From contig PRDI01000016.1 in NCBI GenBank assembly GCA_003345595.1, positions 1 through 24,670 on the forward strand: a DNA stretch of 24,670 nucleotides, in the 5' to 3' direction. Below, one piece after another: positions 9,814 to 15,635 of this stretch. This DNA comes from Candidatus Thorarchaeota archaeon. Lineage in GTDB: Archaea; Asgardarchaeota; Thorarchaeia; Thorarchaeales; Thorarchaeaceae. Both the position numbers and the translations under genes were made by a program. Below the pieces are notes generated by a model that ran no database searches, was not told the origin of the DNA, and saw only the letters and a program-made list of their open reading frames with translations. The stretch's first letter is position 1. Each line of letters opens with the position of its first letter.

Positions 9814-10305
9814 ATGTCGGCACTCAAGTTCGTCTTTGGAAGCCCCACGGTATGCACAGGATGCATGATCTGTGCTAACGCGTGCAGCATGTTCTACTTC
9901 AAGGTCATTAGTCCTACCCGGGCAAGAGTCCGAGTGATGCGCTTTGAGGATGGGCTCGACTTTCCCCTCTTCTGCCGCAATTGTGAAGACGCACCGTGCA
10001 AAGAGGCCTGCCCCGAGGGAGCGATTTCCAGAACCTCCAAGGGAGTGTTGACTGTAAACAACACTAGATGCAACGGGTGCGGCTCATGTGTGAAAGCATG
10101 CCCCTATGATGCAATCTCAGTTAACCCCGACAGTGGCAAGGCTATCAAATGCATTCAATGTGGTGAATGTGTGAAGAGGTGCCCTGTGGAGGCAATATGG
10201 ATCACGACCCAGAAGGAGCTCGCAGACAAAGACAAGAATGGCAGGTTGCCGCCGCTCTATGACAAGCACAAGGCGGAGCTGTATTCGAGAGGTGAGTTCT
10301 TGTGA
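9814..10305 (+). CDS. Polyferredoxin (4x[4Fe-4S]) subunit of AOR paralog 2
   Basis: CTGCMICANAC, CRNCEDAPC..ACP, CNGCGSCVKACP, KCIQCGECVKRCP; GTGA overlap with the AOR. Confidence 0.92.
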   Translation: MSALKFVFGSPTVCTGCMICANACSMFYFKVISPTRARVRVMRFEDGLDFPLFCRNCEDAPCKEACPEGAISRTSKGVLTVNNTRCNGCGSCVKACPYDAISVNPDSGKAIKCIQCGECVKRCPVEAIWITTQKELADKDKNGRLPPLYDKHKAELYSRGEFL

Positions 10306-12158
10306 TCAAAGGAGTAGGCGGTCAGGGGCTATACATAGATCTGACAAGCCAGAGTATCAAGAAGAAGCCTCTCGATGAGCAGGTCGTCAGGAAGTACCTC
10401 TTGGGTGCAGGGTTCCTGTCAAGGACTCTCTTCGATATGATTCCCGACGGGACGGACCCTCTAGGCCAAGAAAACGTTCTTGGCTTCGCTACCGGGCTCC
10501 TCACAGGTTCTATGTTTCCGCAATCGTCAAGGCATGTCATCGCTGCATTGTCCCCTCTCACTGGGATATGGGGAGAAAGTCACGCCGCGGGATTCTGGGG
10601 ACCGGAACTCAAGCTCGCCGGGTACGACTCGATCATATTCACGGGGGCCGCTCGGAAGCCCGTCTATCTCCGGATCCAGGACTCGACCGTGGAACTCCTC
10701 GATGCATCATCCGTCTGGGGTCATGATGTCTTCGAGACTGACACGATACTCAAAGCCAAACATGGTAGGAACTGCCGGGTCCTCTCCATCGGGCAGGCTG
10801 GAGAGAATCTAGTTCGTTTCGCGGCAGTTATGAATGACAGGGACAGGGCATCAGCCCGTTCGGGCATCGGCGCAGTAATGGGATCAAAGAACCTCAAAGC
10901 GATATGTGTGAGAGGAACAGGCAAGCTCGAAGTTGCAGAGCCACGAACCTACCTTAAGGAGATGGACGAGCTCCACAGGAGAATGTTAGCCAATCCTTTC
11001 ACTCCGGGCCGGGCCGAGTTTGGGACTACCAGCCTAATAGAACTCATGCAGCACATCGGCCGACTGCCTACCTACAATATGCGGCAAGGGGTGTTCGACG
11101 GCTATGACAAGATAGGCGGGCATGCCATCAACCAAGGCCATCTTATAAAACCCAGAGCTGACTGGAGCTGCCTGCAGAGATGCGGCCGCTTCACCTGTGT
11201 GTCAGAGGGGCCGTACGCCTACACAGGAGGGTCTCCCGAGTTCGAGAGCCAAGCGGCCCTCGGGTCGCGTTGCGGAAATGCCAATCTGGAGTCCGTCCTA
11301 TACAGCCATCACTTGGCCAATCAGTATGGGATGGATACGATATCTCTTGGTGGCACGATATCTTGGGCAATGGAAGCCTGGGAGGAGGGGCTCCTCACAG
11401 AAGACGACACCGGTGGTATCGATCTTGGCTGGGGCAACCATGAGTCAATCGTCAAGCTGACCAAGATGATTGCCTTCAGAGAGGGATTTGGTGACCTACT
11501 TGCTGAGGGGAGCGCAAGAGCAGCAGAGAAAATCGGACGCGGAAGCGAGAGGCTCGTCATGGCCGTGAAGAAGCAGGAGATAGCTGGGCAGGAACCCCGT
11601 GCTCAGAAGTCGATGGGGCTCGCCGCGGTCACTGCTGCAAGAGGTGCCGATCATCTCTACGGTTTTCCCGTGTTAGATGAGGTGGGGTTTGACGACGAGA
11701 TCAGAAAACGCTTCGGAGAGCAGTACCTTCCTCAGATGGCGGATAGACTCGATCCCACATACAAAGGCATCATGGTGAAAGAGTGTGAGGACTTCATGGT
11801 GGTCGTTGAGAGCGTTGGCCTTTGTAAGTATGGCACGCAGATTCCTCCCGAGTTCTACTATGCAGATATCGCACTTGGACTGAAGATACACAATGGCCTC
11901 GACATCTCTGTGCAGCAGTTGAAGACTATTGGAGAGCGGATAGTGAACCTCAACCGCTTGTTCAATGCAAGGTTCGGTATCACACGAAAGGACGATGCAT
12001 TGCCGGATAGACTGACGAAGGAGAAGGCACCAGTCGGTCCCTCAAAGGGTCAGGTGGTCGAGCTGGACAGAATGCTCGACGAGTACTACAGTTCTAGGGG
12101 CTGGAATCTGAAGACAGGTTTGCCGCTCAAGAGCACACTGAAGAAACTCGCCCTCTAG
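10302..12158 (+). CDS. aor: Aldehyde:ferredoxin oxidoreductase family large subunit, paralog 2
   Basis: SPLTG, IGQAGEN, RSGIGAVMGSKNLKA, GMDTIS, GDLLAEG, RGADH, LDEYY..RGW. The Fe-S motif reads DWSCLQRC. Confidence 0.92.
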   Translation: MIKGVGGQGLYIDLTSQSIKKKPLDEQVVRKYLLGAGFLSRTLFDMIPDGTDPLGQENVLGFATGLLTGSMFPQSSRHVIAALSPLTGIWGESHAAGFWGPELKLAGYDSIIFTGAARKPVYLRIQDSTVELLDASSVWGHDVFETDTILKAKHGRNCRVLSIGQAGENLVRFAAVMNDRDRASARSGIGAVMGSKNLKAICVRGTGKLEVAEPRTYLKEMDELHRRMLANPFTPGRAEFGTTSLIELMQHIGRLPTYNMRQGVFDGYDKIGGHAINQGHLIKPRADWSCLQRCGRFTCVSEGPYAYTGGSPEFESQAALGSRCGNANLESVLYSHHLANQYGMDTISLGGTISWAMEAWEEGLLTEDDTGGIDLGWGNHESIVKLTKMIAFREGFGDLLAEGSARAAEKIGRGSERLVMAVKKQEIAGQEPRAQKSMGLAAVTAARGADHLYGFPVLDEVGFDDEIRKRFGEQYLPQMADRLDPTYKGIMVKECEDFMVVVESVGLCKYGTQIPPEFYYADIALGLKIHNGLDISVQQLKTIGERIVNLNRLFNARFGITRKDDALPDRLTKEKAPVGPSKGQVVELDRMLDEYYSSRGWNLKTGLPLKSTLKKLAL

Positions 12159-12192
12159 CCGGCCGGACCAGTCCAAGCTCCTGACAGTGGAT

Positions 12193-12235
12193 GCGTCGGC
12201 CCCAGACTCCGGGCATGGAATCTGAGAGTTGACGC
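12193..12235. terminator. Long imperfect hairpin between convergent genes (possible bidirectional terminator or stability element)
   Basis: GCGTCGGCCCCAGACTCC-gggcat-GGAATCTGAGAGTTGACGC pairs over about 16 bp including G.U pairs. Confidence 0.45.
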
Positions 12236-12256
12236 TGCCCTGGGATTGTGGTAGTC

Positions 12257-12502
12257 CTAGTCACAGGCCGCGCAGACATTAGTCACAGTGTCTTTCACGC
12301 CATCAACTTTCCTGAGCGTGTCCACAACGAACAGGCTTAGCGCCTCTGGCGTCTTGAAGCTGGCTTTGATCAAGAGGTCATAGGCACCGTATATGATGTA
12401 GGCCTCCTCCACTCCCTCAAGCTTCTTCACGAGCTGAAGAATGCTGCGCGACTTTGATGATTCGGTCTTCGCCATGATGAATGCAGTAATCACCGTTCTC
12501 AC
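12257..12502 (-). CDS. Stand-alone Lrp/AsnC ligand-binding (RAM) domain protein
   Basis: TAFIMAK...LEGVEEAYIIYGAYDLLIK...LRKVDGVKDTVT; no HTH domain; ends CAACD. Confidence 0.87.
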   Translation of the reverse strand: MRTVITAFIMAKTESSKSRSILQLVKKLEGVEEAYIIYGAYDLLIKASFKTPEALSLFVVDTLRKVDGVKDTVTNVCAACD

Positions 12503-12631
12503 TCACCGAATGGTCAGAATCACATTGAAACCGATGGATGCCGATAAACATATTCATCATCGTGAGCATAGACCCGTGAATCTCATAAGTTGACGTACTC
12601 CTCAAACCAAGACCTTTTCTAAGCAGCAATG

Positions 12632-12637
12632 TTTAAA
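12632..12637 (+). promoter_or_regulatory. Putative TATA box of the hydrogenase operon
   Basis: TTTAAA about 45 nt upstream of TTG 12683, within the divergent lrp/mvhD intergenic region. Confidence 0.45.
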
Positions 12638-12682
12638 GAACTGTACAAGTCCCGCCTGAGATGCCAAGGGGTTACGAATGGT

Positions 12683-13150
12683 TTGACAGCCGCAGGTCAG
12701 AAATCGGCCAGCACTCAGAAACCAAAGACAAAGGTAGAAGACAGATTCGAGCCCCGCATACTGGCCTTCTGCTGCAACTGGTGTTCATATGCCGGCGCAG
12801 ACCTTGCAGGCACTAGCAGAATGCAGATGCCTCCGAATATGCGAATCATCAGGGTCAACTGCACCGGACGCATAGACCCCGTCTTTGTCCTTGAAGCACT
12901 CAACCAAGGTGCAGACGGTGTGCTCATCTCAGGCTGTCACCCAGGGGACTGCCACTATACAACCGGGAATCTGAAGATGAAGTCACGCTTCGCCCTTCTC
13001 CAGAAGATGCTTGAGGAAGCAGGCATCGAGCCAGAGAGAGTCCATCTTCAGTGGGCGAGCGCAGCAGAGGGCGACGTCTTTACCCAAGGCATCACATCCA
13101 TGGTGGAGCGGATCAAAGCTCTGGGGCCGAACCCCGTAAAGAAGGACTAA
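12683..13150 (+). CDS. mvhD: F420-non-reducing hydrogenase [2Fe-2S] subunit D (all-Cys form)
   Basis: FCCNWCSYAGADLAG, RVNCTGRID, GADGV...GCHPGDCHY..GN, WASAAEG, LGPNP. TTG 12683 preferred over ATG 12629, which overlaps the TATA box. Confidence 0.93.
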   Translation: MTAAGQKSASTQKPKTKVEDRFEPRILAFCCNWCSYAGADLAGTSRMQMPPNMRIIRVNCTGRIDPVFVLEALNQGADGVLISGCHPGDCHYTTGNLKMKSRFALLQKMLEEAGIEPERVHLQWASAAEGDVFTQGITSMVERIKALGPNPVKKD

Positions 13151-13156
13151 TGAGAG

Positions 13157-14071
13157 ATGACCAAACGCATTGCGCTGGCCCAACTGACCTCCTGCTGGGG
13201 CTGCGATCAGTCACTGGTTGATCTACATCTTGGACTACTGACTGTCCTGCCCGAGATAGAGATAGTATTCTGGCCTGCCGTCGTCGACTTCAAGCTGAAG
13301 GACCTTGAGTCAATGCCGGACCAGTCAATCCACATTGGGCTTGTTGAGGGAAGCTGCAGGACTGAGGAGGACGTCCACCTGCTCAATGTCATGAGAGAGA
13401 AGAGCAAGACCCTTGTCGCATGGGGGGTCTGTTCATGTTATGGGGGTATTCAGGGTCTCGCGAACCAGTGGAACCTCGAGGAGCTGGTCGACAGGAAGTT
13501 CATGAAGGCCGACACGGTCACCGACCCACGAGTACCCTCTGAGAACGTTCCAGTCTTTACAGAAACCGTACAGCCAAACGTCGACATCGTGGAATTCGAT
13601 GTCTAGTTGCCCGGGTGCCCTCCAACCAGCAAGAACTTGCTCGACGCACTCACAGCTCTCATCTCTGGAAAGCCCTTTGACCTTCCTGAGAAGAGCGTAT
13701 GTGATCAGTGTAGTAAGGTGAAACAGGACAAACACATCAAGGAGTTCCACAGAACTCATGAAGGGCACATCGACCCCAGCAAATGCCTTCTAGACCAGGG
13801 GTACCTGTGTCTAGGCTTCGCAACAATCGGGCTATGCGGGGCCATCTGTCCAAATGTGAACACACCATGTAAGGGATGCTTTGGACCTGTTATCAGGGTC
13901 CGTGACCATGGTGCTAAGATCATCTCAGCACTGGGTGCTGTTGCTGAGATGGAGCCTGACAAATTGAGAGAGTCATTCCCGGATCCGATTGGGTCATTCT
14001 ACTTCACCGACTACGCGGCCTCTTACCTCTCGAGAATTCGCGCGGAAACGAGGAGGAAGAAGAAGAAATGA
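13157..14071 (+). CDS. vhuG: F420-non-reducing hydrogenase small subunit G, interrupted by one in-frame TAG at 13604-13606 (codon 150 of 304)
   Basis: The two track ORFs share a frame and join as ...VEFDV*LPGCPP... Motifs SCWGC, EG, G.CSCYGGI.GLAN, PGCPP, VCDQC, CLL.QG..CLG, CGA.CP..N.PC.GC.GP are all intact. Could alternatively be a pseudogene or a base-call error. Confidence 0.85.
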
Positions 14072-15381
14072 CGGGCGAGAAGACTGTCAAGATATCGCCC
14101 GTGACCAGACTTGAGGGCCATGGCGATATCACCATCAAACTAGGCAAGGATGGAAAGGTGAAGGACGCCCAGTTCAATATCACTTCTACCCGGTTCTTCG
14201 AGAAGTTCCTTGAGGGCAGGTTTGCCGAGGAAGCACCAAGGTTTGCTCCAAGGATATGCGGTATCTGTCCCGAGCCTCACCATTTGGCTTCCGTGAAGGC
14301 TGTGGAGGATGCATGGGGCATCACTCCACCTGCTGCGGCTGTGAAGGTGAGAAGGCTTCTAATCAATGCCAAACAGCTGAGCAGTCATGCGCTTCATTTC
14401 TTTGCTCTTGCGGCTCCGGACTTCTTAGTCGGGCCTTTTGCAGAGCCTGCAAAGAGGAATCTAGTCACCATAGTCAAGGCCATGCCTGATGTTGGCAAGA
14501 TGGCTCTCCAGATGATGCAGTTTGGCCAAGAACTGGCTGCGGCGATTGGTGGAACTGCCATTCACCCTGTGACTGCCATTCCCGGGGGCATGTTGAATCC
14601 GTTCTCAGAAGAGAACAGGGACAAGTTCCTGAAACAGATAGCAGACATCAGGCAGTGGACCGCTGATACACTCACACTAGCAAAGAAGGTCTTCGATGAC
14701 TATTGGGACACCATCACCAAGCTCGGAGTGGTCCAGACGTATTATATCGGGACTCACAACAACGGGGCTCACGAGATATATGATGGCAGTATCAGAGTGA
14801 TGGATCCTGAAGGCAGCGTTGTGGCCGACATCAAGCCGAAGGACTACCGCAAGTGCTTCGCCGAGTATGTGCCTGAACACTCCTATGCCACGCATGTGTA
14901 CTACAAACCAGTGGGATACCCAGACGGAGTCTGGCGGGCGGGCACTCTTGCACGGACCAACGTTGTAGACAAGATGGCTACACCTCTGGCTCAAGAGGCA
15001 TTTGAAGAGATGAGAAACAGACTCGGCCATCCCATTCACGCAACATTCGCATATCATTGGGCCCGGATCGTGGAACTTGTCCAAGCGATGGAGGAGCTCG
15101 AGATCCTGTTGAAGGACCCTCAGATTGTGAGCAAGGACATCAAGTTGTCAGTGGTCCAGCCGAAGAAGGGTGATGGTGTAGGATGTGTTGAAGCACCGCG
15201 AGGAACACTCATCCATCATTACTGGACTGACGAACAAGGGATCATCACAAAGGCAAACATGATAGTCGCCACAAACAACAATGTCGGCGGCATCGAGAAG
15301 ACTCTGATGGAAGTAGCCAAGCAGGTCTTCGAACAAAGGGCTCACCAGAAACTGAAATTGCCTAAACCTATGATAGGCTAG
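14068..15381 (+). CDS. vhuA: [NiFe(Se)] hydrogenase group 3c large subunit lacking the C-terminal L2 motif (VhuA-type)
   Basis: TRLEGHG, RFFEKFLEGR, L1 motif RICGICPEPH, HALHF, EAPRGTLIHHY, VAT.NN; ends KPMIG* without DPCxxC. ATGA overlap with vhuG. Confidence 0.93.
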   Translation: MTGEKTVKISPVTRLEGHGDITIKLGKDGKVKDAQFNITSTRFFEKFLEGRFAEEAPRFAPRICGICPEPHHLASVKAVEDAWGITPPAAAVKVRRLLINAKQLSSHALHFFALAAPDFLVGPFAEPAKRNLVTIVKAMPDVGKMALQMMQFGQELAAAIGGTAIHPVTAIPGGMLNPFSEENRDKFLKQIADIRQWTADTLTLAKKVFDDYWDTITKLGVVQTYYIGTHNNGAHEIYDGSIRVMDPEGSVVADIKPKDYRKCFAEYVPEHSYATHVYYKPVGYPDGVWRAGTLARTNVVDKMATPLAQEAFEEMRNRLGHPIHATFAYHWARIVELVQAMEELEILLKDPQIVSKDIKLSVVQPKKGDGVGCVEAPRGTLIHHYWTDEQGIITKANMIVATNNNVGGIEKTLMEVAKQVFEQRAHQKLKLPKPMIG

Positions 15382-15393
15382 GAGAGAACTAAG

Positions 15394-15546
15394 ATGACAG
15401 ACGAAATACCTGAAGGCGTACTGAACCTCCTTGAGATGGTAGTACGCTGCTACGACTGCTGACTCTCTTGCGCCGCTCACATCGTCATTGTGGACGAAGA
15501 GGGGCGCGAGATAGCAAGGAGAGAGCTCGTGACCAGCAGCGAATGA
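15394..15546 (+). CDS. vhuU: VhuU selenopeptide (50 aa; Sec from TGA 15460-15462) carrying the hydrogenase L2 Ni-ligand motif
   Basis: Not in the ORF track. MTDEIPEGVLNLLEMVVRCYDC[U]LSCAAHIVIVDEEGREIARRELVTSSE*. The TGA sits at the Ni-ligating Cys/Sec position; SD-like GGAG at 15381-15384; supplies the motif missing from vhuA. Confidence 0.92.
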
Positions 15547-15580
15547 TGGCACAGTCACAAACTACTGCACTGCGCCTGAC
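15543..15580 (+). promoter_or_regulatory. Eukaryote-like SECIS element for vhuU
   Basis: AUGA-U-GGCACAGUCA-CAAACUAC-UG(C)ACUGCGCC-UGAC: UGAN/NGAN core, roughly 9-10 bp upper helix, apical AAA 12 nt after AUGA. Lower helix is weak. Confidence 0.8.
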
Positions 15581-15635
15581 AGCCCTTGCAATGGGCTTGC
15601 CGGTCTAGGCTCTCCCTCCATCTCTGCTGTCCAAT

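Noticed and set aside
9808-9816. Amidohydrolase and polyferredoxin in frame across TAG-ACC-ATG (possible readthrough fusion)
   Set aside because: Both proteins are complete on their own, and in-frame spacing has a 1-in-3 chance.
12683-13150. Selenocysteine in MvhD/VhuD
   Set aside because: No in-frame TGA; all ligand positions are Cys codons.
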